Origin: an uncultured Piscirickettsiaceae bacterium
GTDB lineage: Bacteria > Pseudomonadota > Gammaproteobacteria > GCF-002020875
DNA: 54,656 nucleotides
Reading direction: 5' to 3'
Assembly (NCBI GenBank): GCA_964344785.1
Contig: CAYFOR010000004.1
Location: 1-54,656 of the forward strand
Shown in pieces: positions 10,574 through 20,297 of this stretch. The notes under the pieces were generated by a model. The model was not told where the DNA came from. It made no database searches and saw only the letters and a list, made by a program, of their open reading frames with translations. Both the position numbers and the translations under genes were made by a program. Position 1 is the stretch's first letter. Each line of letters opens with the position of its first letter.

Positions 10574-11758
10574 CTAAAAGCGCTCGTTCTCTTCGCCACT
10601 ACTCCATCCGGTTGCGGATGGATTGACGATCAATTGCTCCCCGACAACCAGTCCGGAGAGGATGGTGACGTGCTTGTTGTCTACCAGTTCACCCACACGA
10701 ACGACCCGAAGCTCCGGCTCACCCGTCTCACTGAGTATGAATACGGCAGGCAACGTACCCCGCCAAAGCAGCGATGAGGTCGGAATAACCGGGAAACTGG
10801 AGACCGGAGCCTGAATATCCGGGATCATGATCTCGGCATACATGCCTGGAGCCGCCGGACTGCCCTTGGGCAGATCAAATTTCACGGTAACGCTATGGCG
10901 CCGCATGTCCGCACTGGGGAAGATCTGGGCAACCCGCACATCCAGACGTACTCCACCCACATCCAGCTTGGCCGGCATCACCATCCCCTCTTTCAGGCCG
11001 GTAACCAGCCTTGCCGGTACCTCGACCTGGAGCTGCAGACGATTGATATCCGCATACTGAACCAGCGGCTGCCCGGGCTGAACCGTATCCCCGATTTCAA
11101 CCATCTTCCTCATGATGATCCCGGAAAACGGGGCAATCGACTTGGCATTGAGAATCTGGGCATCCAGCTGCTTGAGCTGCGCATCCGCCTGAATCACTGC
11201 TGCCTGTGCCGACTCGACCTGCGTCTGTGACGAATAGATATTGGAATAACGCTCGAAATCGGGATCACCCTCCCCAAAACCGGAAGAGCGCAACGGATCG
11301 GTAAACATCGACATCATGCTCGGCAACCCTCCCATCATCACATCCCCTTGATAATTAGGTGCAACAATGGTTTTGTTGAGCTGAATATCTGCATTACGCA
11401 GTGCAGCTTCGGCGATACGGCGCTGTGCCTCTACCTCCTGCCGCTTTGCCAGCAGTGTATCGTCATCGATCTTGACCAGAACCTCCCCTTCATCGAAGCG
11501 ATCCCCCTCCTTGCCTGAAATCACCTCGATCCTGCCGGGCAATTCTGCATTCAGCGTCACCTGCTTGAAGGGAACCACTGTACCACCCAGCGTTACGCTG
11601 ACCCCCGTCCTTGCAGACCCGACCGTGATCACCTTACCCATGAAACCGGTATCACCACCCCCCTCTGCCGGTCTCCCTTTGGGGGCTTCACCAGCAAAGA
11701 CATAGAACCCTACAGCCAGGGCCGCTACCATGGAAATGGCGTTTTTAGAAAACATCAT
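10574..11758 (-). CDS. RND periplasmic adaptor (membrane fusion protein)
   Basis: Lipoyl half-motifs (GRIEVISGKEGD; IAPFSGII..VEIGDTVQPGQPL), PGMYAEI, VTILSGLVVGEQLIV; likely ATG at 11758. Confidence 0.93.
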   Translation of the reverse strand: MMFSKNAISMVAALAVGFYVFAGEAPKGRPAEGGGDTGFMGKVITVGSARTGVSVTLGGTVVPFKQVTLNAELPGRIEVISGKEGDRFDEGEVLVKIDDDTLLAKRQEVEAQRRIAEAALRNADIQLNKTIVAPNYQGDVMMGGLPSMMSMFTDPLRSSGFGEGDPDFERYSNIYSSQTQVESAQAAVIQADAQLKQLDAQILNAKSIAPFSGIIMRKMVEIGDTVQPGQPLVQYADINRLQLQVEVPARLVTGLKEGMVMPAKLDVGGVRLDVRVAQIFPSADMRRHSVTVKFDLPKGSPAAPGMYAEIMIPDIQAPVSSFPVIPTSSLLWRGTLPAVFILSETGEPELRVVRVGELVDNKHVTILSGLVVGEQLIVNPSATGWSSGEENERF

Positions 11759-11790
11759 CGTCAGTTCTCTTGTACGGTTAACAGTCGGCA

Positions 11791-11812
11791 CCTCCCTGTC
11801 GCAACAGGGAGG
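11791..11812. other. Intra-operon stem-loop
   Basis: CCTCCCTGT-CGCA-ACAGGGAGG, 9-bp perfect stem without U tract, between the SCP2-like and adaptor genes. Confidence 0.6.
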
Positions 11813-11831
11813 TCACCAATAATGTGACGCC

Positions 11832-12227
11832 TCAGACGCGCCCCATTACAGAAAAGGTCTTGATAAACGGACCTGCCATCTTGGGGTTCTTGATCATCGC
11901 ACCATAGTCGCCCACGGCAAACTTGAGCTTACCTGTCGTATACGCAGTACCCAGCCCCATCATCCCTGGAGGTTTGCTGATCCACTTGTTCCACTGATCT
12001 TCCGAACAACGCAGATCCCAGTTGATCTCCTGACCATCAAAGGCACCTGCAGCCGTCGCCTGACCATTCTCAACCGTAATGACACCACGCGGCTGATCTT
12101 CACCCTGAATCCCGTATGCAATCACCGAGTTGAAACCGATCTCGGCCAGAGGCCCGGTCAGATCCGACTCACTATTCCATGCACTCATAAAACTACCCAT
12201 CCACTCATCTGAAAACAGCTCAGCCAT
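11832..12227 (-). CDS. SCP2 sterol-carrier-like lipid-binding protein
   Basis: MAELFSDEWM..AWN, WDLR..W..W, AYTTGKLKF..GDY pattern; strong AAGGAG RBS before ATG 12227. Confidence 0.8.
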   Translation of the reverse strand: MAELFSDEWMGSFMSAWNSESDLTGPLAEIGFNSVIAYGIQGEDQPRGVITVENGQATAAGAFDGQEINWDLRCSEDQWNKWISKPPGMMGLGTAYTTGKLKFAVGDYGAMIKNPKMAGPFIKTFSVMGRV

Positions 12228-12549
12228 CTTTATCTCCTTACGTCTTCCTTGAATGACAAACTCATAACAACAAAATATTGATTTATAACAAGATAGTACC
12301 CCCACCCCTCACCAGAACCTGCGTGAGTACCCTGTCTCAGGGCTCCTGCGGCACACTATAGTAAAAAGCGAAAAAAATAGGAAGAAAAAAACGAATAAAA
12401 AGTACGAATACCGCAAGATATAGTGTTATCTATCCCCTACTGCATACTACATATTGTGTTGGTAACCATGTGGATAAAGTGAGGAAACCACAAAATTCTT
12501 TACTAAATCATGTCGATACAGAATTACAATATATTATCACTAATGAATA

Positions 12550-14040
12550 TTAATTATATCCTCTAAACCCACGCACCCATGTCACATAAATCTCACGCTC
12601 AAGGTCACGGTAGATTTTGCGGTAGAGTCGGGTCACATACCGATTCTCGTCAAAATGTGACAGCAGTGCTGCAGTTGGCCTGGATTTGGTGAGCAGCAGA
12701 TAACTCTGCTCCCGCCCCACCACACCCTGTTGATGCAACGCCGAGATATTGGCAATCAGCTGATAGTGATCCCCGATATGCTGCCCCGGTTGCCAACTGG
12801 CAACCTGCATAAGCCTGGACCGATCCATATAGTAGGAAAAATAGGCAAGAAATTTCCGGGATGGACTCAACAACCATGCCTGTGGGTCCTGTTGCTGCCG
12901 TATATCCTCCAATTGGGATGCAAGCTCACGCCACCCCCAGACGCGCATATAGGGATCATTTTTTCGTGTAAGTTCGACGCCCAGCAGCGTGGTCAACGGA
13001 TGATAGTGATAGATCGCCAGCATCAGCATCAGATTGGCTCCCACCGCAACCGTTACCCATCTCCACTGATTCAGACCATACAACCAGCGAACAACTGCTA
13101 CAGTACCTGTGATATAGGCAGGCGCCGCCCAGTTGGCATTGGCCTCACTCATTGCAGCCTGAGAGGAGATCAACCCAAACAGTGTCACCGTAACGATCCC
13201 CAGCAGTAAATCGTCCTCATCCAGCTTGCGCCCGACAGCCAGCCAGCCGGCCCATCCCAACAGCGCCAGAAACATCACAGGCCCCATCACCGCGAACTGC
13301 GCAACCCAGAAGTCGATCAGCTTGTCCAGATAGATACTCTGCTGTTCGAGTTGAGCAATCTCCTGATGGTGCTGAAAGGTGATGAAGTCATGCTGATAGT
13401 TCCACCAGAGATTGGGCAGAAACAGTACGAGTGCAACCATGCAGGCAAACCAGAAACCCGGCTTGAACAGCAGTGAGCGGTGTTGCGAGCTTAATAACAG
13501 ATAGAGCAACAGGCTGAACGGCAGTGCAATCATGGTGTATTTGCTGAGTAGCCCCAGCCCTCCACACATGCCAGCCAAGCCCCACCAGAGCAGTTTCTGC
13601 TCCTGCTGATCCCGCGCCCTGAGAAAGAGGTAGAGCGTCCAGCTCCAGAACAGAAACAGCGGCGCATCCGTGGTGATGAAGAGCGAATTGAAACCGACAA
13701 TAGGCAGCGTCAGAAAGACTACAGCACTCCAGCGCGCCAGCCCCTCGCCCTGCAGGTGGTCACCAATCCGATAGACTGCCCAACCGCTCCCCAGATAGCA
13801 CAACATCGAACCGATACGCACTATACTCTCGGCTTCACCCCCAACAGTGGTTGTGAGCGCAATCAGGGCAGCAACCATCGGCGGCTTGGAGTAATAGCCC
13901 CAATCGAGATGATTGGCCCAGTAGAGATAGTAGGCCTCATCATTATAGATGGGCAGATCAGACAGAAAGAGCCACACCAGCCGGTACACCACCACCGCCA
14001 GAATCACAAGCCACCCGTATTGCACTCTGATACCGAGCAT
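12550..14040 (-). CDS. GT-C glycosyltransferase (ArnT/PMT-like)
   Basis: DEAYY, YYSKPP, TTDAP, GLLSKYT; polytopic. Confidence 0.9.
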   Translation of the reverse strand: MLGIRVQYGWLVILAVVVYRLVWLFLSDLPIYNDEAYYLYWANHLDWGYYSKPPMVAALIALTTTVGGEAESIVRIGSMLCYLGSGWAVYRIGDHLQGEGLARWSAVVFLTLPIVGFNSLFITTDAPLFLFWSWTLYLFLRARDQQEQKLLWWGLAGMCGGLGLLSKYTMIALPFSLLLYLLLSSQHRSLLFKPGFWFACMVALVLFLPNLWWNYQHDFITFQHHQEIAQLEQQSIYLDKLIDFWVAQFAVMGPVMFLALLGWAGWLAVGRKLDEDDLLLGIVTVTLFGLISSQAAMSEANANWAAPAYITGTVAVVRWLYGLNQWRWVTVAVGANLMLMLAIYHYHPLTTLLGVELTRKNDPYMRVWGWRELASQLEDIRQQQDPQAWLLSPSRKFLAYFSYYMDRSRLMQVASWQPGQHIGDHYQLIANISALHQQGVVGREQSYLLLTKSRPTAALLSHFDENRYVTRLYRKIYRDLEREIYVTWVRGFRGYN

Positions 14041-14043
14041 GAA

Positions 14044-15678
14044 CTAATCCACACCCAACAGTGCGATGCCGCCACGTCGATAGAGCGAAGTCACAGCACG
14101 ATCCGTCAACTGGTGTTCCAACTCCTCCAGCTTGTCCACTCGGATCAACACCATCTCCCCCGTCTGCGGAATGCGGTTTTCAACAACCTGCTGTGCATAG
14201 ACACTGAAACTGGGGTATCCACTCCCCCAACTCACCAGCGCCCCCGGATACCGTTGACTCTGCTGCAGTGCCACTGCAGCCGCCTCTTTCACCGGCAACT
14301 GATATCCATTGAAGACCATCGGTAACAGCAACGTGTTCACTGCAACCAGCTGAAGGAATCCAGCGAACATCAATCCCTGCCAGCGGGTTGTACGCGCACG
14401 ATCCACCACGACATAGGCCACCAACAGCAGCAGAAAAGCCGCCATCAGTCCACGATAGAGCGACGTAACCTCCCCTCCCACCGCCTCGACCAGCTCTTGC
14501 TGATAAAGATTTTCTGGAGAACGGGCCGCGACCATCTGCAAGATCTCCGGAAACCAGAACAGAAACAGCAGCGTCAGCAACGGCACCAGATAGGCCAGAA
14601 GGTGTGACTGTAACCGGTCACGAAACATCGCCATCAACAGAAACAGGGGAATCGCTCCATACAGGATGTAATGGGGCAACTGGGTTGCAGAAAAGGAGAA
14701 GAGGATGAAGACCACAACAAACCAGATCCAGAGGAAGCGCTGCAATGGGGACTCACGACGCAATTGTCCCGTACCGGACATACCGGACAGGGGCAAAAGA
14801 TGGACAAACAGCCCGGTAAACGGGGTTAGTACCAATGGAAGCACAATCAGATAGTACCACCACAGCCCTCCATGCCCCTCCATGGTATCGGTAAAGCGAC
14901 TTACATTATGCTTGAGAATAAAGCCCTCCAGAAAACCACTGGAGGGGTCCATCAAAACGGCCAGATACCAGGGGCCGGCAACCATCAGCAACACAGCCCA
15001 GCCCAGTGGCGAAAAGACTGCCCCGACCCAGGCACGCCAGTTTCCCTGCCAGACAAAGAAGATCGCAGACACCAGTAACGGCACAGCCACCGCCACCGGA
15101 CCCTTGGTCAACAGCCCTAACCCCATCCACAGATAGACTCTCGGCAACAACCAGCGTGATGGCGTTCTCCCCCCCTCGACCACCTGGTAATAGCGATAGA
15201 TATCAAACAGCGCCAGGGAGAGAAAGAGATTCAACAAGGCATCGGCCGTTGCCGAACGAACCACCATCCCGACCAGCAGTGCCTGACAGAAGATCAGCCC
15301 GGTAACGGTTGCGGTCTGCCGATCGGTGAACTGTTCGGTAAAGCGATAGAGCGCCAGAACCCAGAAGAGGGAGGCGATTACAGAAGGCAGGCGCAGTGAA
15401 ACCTCATTGAGACCAAACAGCGTGACGGACGCCGCCTGCAGCCAGTAGATCAGGATGGGCTTGTCATGCCTTGGGGCTCCATTGAGTGTCGTGGTGAGGT
15501 AATTGCCGCTCTCCAGCATCTCACGGGTGGCCTCGCTGAAGGCCCCTTCATCCACATCATAGAGCGGAAGATCCAGTGCGACAAAAAGCACCAGAACCAA
15601 GGCAGGAAAGAGACTCCAGGGAGAGGTGAACAGCGCCGTAAGCGGATGCCTGTCCGTATTCACTGTCTGATACCGCAA
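14044..15678 (-). CDS. ArnT-like GT-C glycosyltransferase
   Basis: DVDEGAF..REM, DKPILIYW, LTKGPVA, QLPHYIL. Confidence 0.9.
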   Translation of the reverse strand: MRYQTVNTDRHPLTALFTSPWSLFPALVLVLFVALDLPLYDVDEGAFSEATREMLESGNYLTTTLNGAPRHDKPILIYWLQAASVTLFGLNEVSLRLPSVIASLFWVLALYRFTEQFTDRQTATVTGLIFCQALLVGMVVRSATADALLNLFLSLALFDIYRYYQVVEGGRTPSRWLLPRVYLWMGLGLLTKGPVAVAVPLLVSAIFFVWQGNWRAWVGAVFSPLGWAVLLMVAGPWYLAVLMDPSSGFLEGFILKHNVSRFTDTMEGHGGLWWYYLIVLPLVLTPFTGLFVHLLPLSGMSGTGQLRRESPLQRFLWIWFVVVFILFSFSATQLPHYILYGAIPLFLLMAMFRDRLQSHLLAYLVPLLTLLFLFWFPEILQMVAARSPENLYQQELVEAVGGEVTSLYRGLMAAFLLLLVAYVVVDRARTTRWQGLMFAGFLQLVAVNTLLLPMVFNGYQLPVKEAAAVALQQSQRYPGALVSWGSGYPSFSVYAQQVVENRIPQTGEMVLIRVDKLEELEHQLTDRAVTSLYRRGGIALLGVD

Positions 15679-15690
15679 CGATACAGTAAA

Positions 15691-16692
15691 TTAACGATCA
15701 GACTGATACCAATCGGGCGCATCCGGCTCTTCAGCAATCAGATCATGGCCTGTCCGCCCCCCGGACCGGGTGATCATCTCGGCCAGAATACCGGTGGTGA
15801 TAAACTGGATCGAGGCCACCACAAACAGTACGGAAAGCAGCAGCAGCGGCCGAGTTCCGATATCGGCATCGAAAATGAACTTCTCCACAAACAGCCAAAG
15901 CAGTCCACCGGAGCCGATTGCTCCCAGGGTGATACCGATCATCCCAAAAAAATGGCCTGGACGATTATTGAAGCGCAGAAAGAAGAATACGGTCAGCAGG
16001 TCCAGGATGACCCTGAACGTGCGGGAAATCCCATATTTCGAGACCCCATAGATGCGAGGACGATGGTTCACCACGGTCTCATCGATCCTGGCCGGAGAGG
16101 TCACCATCGCCAACCAGACCGGGATGAATCGATGCATCTCTCCCATCAGACGGATACGGCGCAATACCTCGCCACGATATACCTTGAGGCTGCAGCCATA
16201 ATCGTGAATCACCACCCCAGTCACCCTGGAGATCAGGCGATTGGCAATTCTGGACGGGATCTTTCGAAGAATCAACGCATCCTTTCTGTTCTTCCTCCAA
16301 CCCGTCAGCAGATCCAGCCGACGGCGCTGCAACTCCTCGACCATGCGCGGGATGTCCGCCGGGTCATTCTGCAGATCACCATCCAGTGTAGCGATCAGAT
16401 CCCCACGGGCCAGGTCGATACCGGCCTGCATCGCCGCCGTCTGTCCATGATTGCGATATTGCGAAACAAGTCGAATATGGTCCCCATACCGCTCCATCTG
16501 TGCTCTCACCTGCTCGGCAGTCTGATCACTGCTGCCATCATTGACCAGTATCAACTCCCAAGGCCCCTCATACGAGCCCAGCGCATCGTGCACCTGCTCC
16601 ACCAACGGCGTGACATTCTCCTCTTCATTATAGAGTGGCACGACAATAGAGAGGGATGGGGCAGACGCATTCATATATTGATCTTCCGTCAT
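15691..16692 (-). CDS. GT2 polyprenyl-phosphate glycosyltransferase (ArnC/GtrB-like)
   Basis: SIVVPLYNEEEN, NDGSSD, DGDLQNDP, EMHRFIP, two C-terminal TMs. Confidence 0.92.
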   Translation of the reverse strand: MTEDQYMNASAPSLSIVVPLYNEEENVTPLVEQVHDALGSYEGPWELILVNDGSSDQTAEQVRAQMERYGDHIRLVSQYRNHGQTAAMQAGIDLARGDLIATLDGDLQNDPADIPRMVEELQRRRLDLLTGWRKNRKDALILRKIPSRIANRLISRVTGVVIHDYGCSLKVYRGEVLRRIRLMGEMHRFIPVWLAMVTSPARIDETVVNHRPRIYGVSKYGISRTFRVILDLLTVFFFLRFNNRPGHFFGMIGITLGAIGSGGLLWLFVEKFIFDADIGTRPLLLLSVLFVVASIQFITTGILAEMITRSGGRTGHDLIAEEPDAPDWYQSDR

Positions 16693-17690
16693 TGATTGAC
16701 CTTGCCTTGATTATGATCAGAACGATAAACAGACTCCATTGTATCGGTTTTGACTGGTAACAGCAGCGATAAAACGGCAAACAGCACAGAAGCTGCAAGC
16801 AGATAGAGATGCAGATTGAGCGCAGCCAACAGTGCCCGCTCCATCGGTACCTCCATCGTCATCAGCGCACCCACCGTCGCAACCTCATAACTCCCGGCAC
16901 CGGCAATACCATGCAACGGCAAAACACTACTCAGCTCTCCACCAATCACCCCAAACACCGCCTGAGGCAACTGCAGACCGGAAAAGTGGATCACCACCAT
17001 CGCAAATGCAATGAACTTGACCCCCCACGCCAGTACGGTCCAGAGCCAGATCCGGACAAAATGCCAGAGTTGATTCGGCATCGGCTGTACAACCGCAATG
17101 ACCAACCTCAACAACCTGTTCTCCGAAGTTCGAGACTTGAACAGCCAGTGAATCTGATACAGCAACGGAATGGCCCCAACCCACAGCATCACCAGAATAG
17201 CCCGATATTCCTCAACCAGTGGGATCGGTAGAAACCAGAACACAAGCAAGCCGATAAAGTGGAGATCCAGCAGCCGCAACCAGAGCAGTTCACTGCCACT
17301 GGACCACAGACTCCGCCCAAAATAGCGTTTCATCAACAGCGGATAGGTCAACTCTCCCAGACGCATCGGCAGCAGATTATTGAACAGGTTATGCAACAGC
17401 GCCAGACGAATGGTCGGAAATCCTTGCTCTCGAAGAGCGACTCCACTCACCCCAAACACAAGATCGACAATCCGGATCGCTCTCAGCAGCAGACTGGCCA
17501 ACGTCAAAACAAGTGCTGTCAGCAGCAACACAGGAGGAACCGTCTTCCATGGTGACAACGCCTCACGCCACCCCAAGGTGGCTTCTACCCAGTACAAAAC
17601 GGCCAGCAGCAAGCCTGCTCCGACCAGCCATGGTGCGAATCTGCGCCGACGAATCACCCCCCAAACAGCGGAAACGAGCGGATATCTCAT
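16689..17690 (-). CDS. Lysylphosphatidylglycerol-synthase-TM / flippase-like membrane protein
   Basis: NNLLPMRLGE, LPLHGIAGAGSYE; polytopic; likely ATG at 17690. Confidence 0.85.
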   Translation of the reverse strand: MRYPLVSAVWGVIRRRRFAPWLVGAGLLLAVLYWVEATLGWREALSPWKTVPPVLLLTALVLTLASLLLRAIRIVDLVFGVSGVALREQGFPTIRLALLHNLFNNLLPMRLGELTYPLLMKRYFGRSLWSSGSELLWLRLLDLHFIGLLVFWFLPIPLVEEYRAILVMLWVGAIPLLYQIHWLFKSRTSENRLLRLVIAVVQPMPNQLWHFVRIWLWTVLAWGVKFIAFAMVVIHFSGLQLPQAVFGVIGGELSSVLPLHGIAGAGSYEVATVGALMTMEVPMERALLAALNLHLYLLAASVLFAVLSLLLPVKTDTMESVYRSDHNQGKVNQ

Positions 17691-17773
17691 GAAAACCGGC
17701 TCACCGAACAGAAGGAATACTGTAGATACCACCCATTGTAGTAACATACCGCGGTTATATTGAGGGATCAATC

Positions 17774-18895
17774 GTGCCCACCAAAAAGAAAACTCGCCGC
17801 CCGGTCTTTACCACACTCGAGAAGTACCTGATGCTCCAGGTAATCTGGACCTGGTTGATTGCAACCCCTGTGCTGATCTCTCTGCTGATGACGCTGGAAA
17901 TCAGTCGACTGATGGCCAAGGCGGCCGCAGGCGTCATCCCGCCCGAGCATATCTGGCACCTATTCTGGCTGCGTGTCCCGACCGATCTCGGCATGGTCAT
18001 TCCAATGACCCTCTTTTTCTCGATACTGCTCACCTTTGGACGGCTCTACCAGGGAAGCGAGGTAACCGCCTTCAGTGCCGGCGGCGTCGATATCTTCACC
18101 GCATCCAAGGGGGTCCGCTGGTTTGCAGTGATCATCTCATTCGTCGTTGCAATCCTGATCCTCTTTGTGACGCCATGGGCCCAAACCGAAATGAATCGCA
18201 TCCATGACGAGATCAATGCCAATGCCAATCTGGTTGGACTCTCTCCCGGACGATTCAAGACACTTAGTGGCGGAAATGGGCGGATCTTCTACTCCGAAAA
18301 GATCTCGGTCGATCAACGGGAACTGGAAGGTGTCTTCTTCTATGAAGCGGTACCACCCGACAGCTTTCGCCTGATTACGGCAGAGACTGGAGAGCTGTAC
18401 CCCAATCAGGATGGTGACGGAAAATGGCTCGTGCTGCAGGATGGTAGACAATACAGCGGCCGTCCGGGTGACCCCGACATGGAAATTCTCAAATTCAAGG
18501 AGTACGGCTTCCTGATGGAGATTTCCAAATCGAGCAACAAGGCACCCCGAGGACGGGCAATACCCTTTCATGACCTGTGGGGATCGAACAAACTCCAGCA
18601 TCAGGCAGAACTGCAGTGGCGATTTACCTTGCCGGTGATGACCATCCTGCTGGCCCTGCTGGCAGTACCCCTGAGTCGAACCACACCACGTGGCGGCAAA
18701 TATGCCGGGATGGTTCCCGGTGTACTGCTCTATATGGTATTCAGCAACCTGTTCAATATCTCATACGGCTGGATCGAGAAAGGCAAGATTGAAAGCTGGC
18801 TCGGCATGAGCTGGATCTATGCGTTGATCCTGGTTCTGATTTTTTTCCTATATCTGCGCCAGGGAGTTTTTCTGCTGCCGTGGAAACGGCGCTGA
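17774..18895 (+). CDS. lptF: LPS export ABC transporter permease LptF
   Basis: GRLYQGSEVTAF..G, PGRF, LQDGRQYSG, AELQWRF, LAVPLS..PRGGKY. Confidence 0.9.
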   Translation: MPTKKKTRRPVFTTLEKYLMLQVIWTWLIATPVLISLLMTLEISRLMAKAAAGVIPPEHIWHLFWLRVPTDLGMVIPMTLFFSILLTFGRLYQGSEVTAFSAGGVDIFTASKGVRWFAVIISFVVAILILFVTPWAQTEMNRIHDEINANANLVGLSPGRFKTLSGGNGRIFYSEKISVDQRELEGVFFYEAVPPDSFRLITAETGELYPNQDGDGKWLVLQDGRQYSGRPGDPDMEILKFKEYGFLMEISKSSNKAPRGRAIPFHDLWGSNKLQHQAELQWRFTLPVMTILLALLAVPLSRTTPRGGKYAGMVPGVLLYMVFSNLFNISYGWIEKGKIESWLGMSWIYALILVLIFFLYLRQGVFLLPWKRR

Positions 18896-18896
18896 C

Positions 18897-19346
18897 TCAG
18901 TCGGCGACCGTATTATGCTCAACCCAGCGCGACATGTCCTCAAGCTGCTCTTTCTTCCAGAACGGTGCACGGGATTTCAACTCCTCGATCAGGTACCTGG
19001 CGGCATGAAACGCCTCTCCCCTGTGGGCTGACCAGGCCGCAACCAGTACAATCGGGTCATTCGGCCGCATCTCCCCGACCCGATGGATAATCAGGCTGTC
19101 CAGAATATCCCAGCGCTCGGCCGCCTCCCTGGAGATCTTCTCCAGGTAGCTGTCGGTCATCCCCGGATAGTACTCCAGCAACATCCCGCTCACTCCGCTC
19201 CCTTCGTTGAAATCACGCATGGTGCCACTGAAGACCGTTGCCGCACCGTACTGTCCGGCATGGTTGACATCGAGCACCTCCTGCTCATAGCGTTGCAGCT
19301 CTTGCCACGGGTTGAAAGGCTGTTTGTGTATCTCGACTCTCACCAC
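18897..19346 (-). CDS. moaE: Molybdopterin synthase catalytic subunit
   Basis: LEYYPGM, IIHRVG, SAHRGEAF, LKSRAPFWKKE. Confidence 0.97.
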   Translation of the reverse strand: MVRVEIHKQPFNPWQELQRYEQEVLDVNHAGQYGAATVFSGTMRDFNEGSGVSGMLLEYYPGMTDSYLEKISREAAERWDILDSLIIHRVGEMRPNDPIVLVAAWSAHRGEAFHAARYLIEELKSRAPFWKKEQLEDMSRWVEHNTVAD

Positions 19347-19577
19347 TCAGCCTCCGGTCACCGGAGGGAAAAACGCCACCTCGTCACCATCGCTCACCGG
19401 ACAATCCATATCCGAGTAGTCCATATTTCTCGCCATCAGCAGATTGGACGGAAGTTCGCGCCGCTGCGAAACCTGCTCCCAAACATCCTTGATGGTGGCA
19501 ACCCCTGAGGCATCAATTTCATCCTCATCCCGCCCCATCTCTTCTCTGAGGCTGGCAAAATATCGAACCTTGATCAT
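19347..19577 (-). CDS. moaD: Molybdopterin synthase sulfur carrier
   Basis: MIKVRYFASLRE, C-terminal FPPVTGG. Confidence 0.97.
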   Translation of the reverse strand: MIKVRYFASLREEMGRDEDEIDASGVATIKDVWEQVSQRRELPSNLLMARNMDYSDMDCPVSDGDEVAFFPPVTGG

Positions 19578-19743
19578 GATTCCACTCTTCGTCAATCCAC
19601 AATGATGTTAGTCTCTCACTTTTCCACCCAAATGAAAATGGAGTTACCGTCTCCACGCCTGAAATCAATACTGCGCCACCGTCTTCATGCTGACGAACGC
19701 GGAATATGACCGGGCACAACGGAATACTATGGAGAAGACACCT

Positions 19744-20235
19744 ATGAGCGAACTGACCCACTTCAATACCTCCGGAGAGGCTCACATGGTCGATGTCGGT
19801 GAAAAGGACATCACCTCGCGTGTTGCCACCACAGAGGGCCGGATCACCATGCTCTCCTCCACACTCGAAAAGATCACCCAGGGAGAACATAAAAAGGGGG
19901 ATGTGTTGGCCGTTGCCCGTATCGCCGGCATCATGGCGGCAAAACGGACGGCTGACCTGATCCCGCTCTGCCATCCTCTGGCATTGACCCATGTAGAGAT
20001 TCAACTGACCCCAAACACCGAGGAGAACGCCGTCCACTGCCTCAGTACCGTTGAAACCCGTGGTCAGACCGGCGTGGAGATGGAGGCGCTGACCGCCACC
20101 CAGATTGCCCTGCTGACCATCTATGACATGTGCAAGGCGGTTGACCGGGGAATGGAGATCGGTGGCATCCGGCTACTGGAGAAGAAAGGTGGCAAATCGG
20201 GACACTGGAAGAGAGCCCAAAACTCAACAGATTAA
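19744..20235 (+). CDS. moaC: Cyclic pyranopterin monophosphate synthase
   Basis: [35 protein letters not shown]. Confidence 0.98.
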   Translation: MSELTHFNTSGEAHMVDVGEKDITSRVATTEGRITMLSSTLEKITQGEHKKGDVLAVARIAGIMAAKRTADLIPLCHPLALTHVEIQLTPNTEENAVHCLSTVETRGQTGVEMEALTATQIALLTIYDMCKAVDRGMEIGGIRLLEKKGGKSGHWKRAQNSTD

Positions 20236-20297
20236 AACCACTTTTCCATACCCGAACAGATATCAATCTTCTTGCTCTTATTAGCCTTTGAGTAAAA

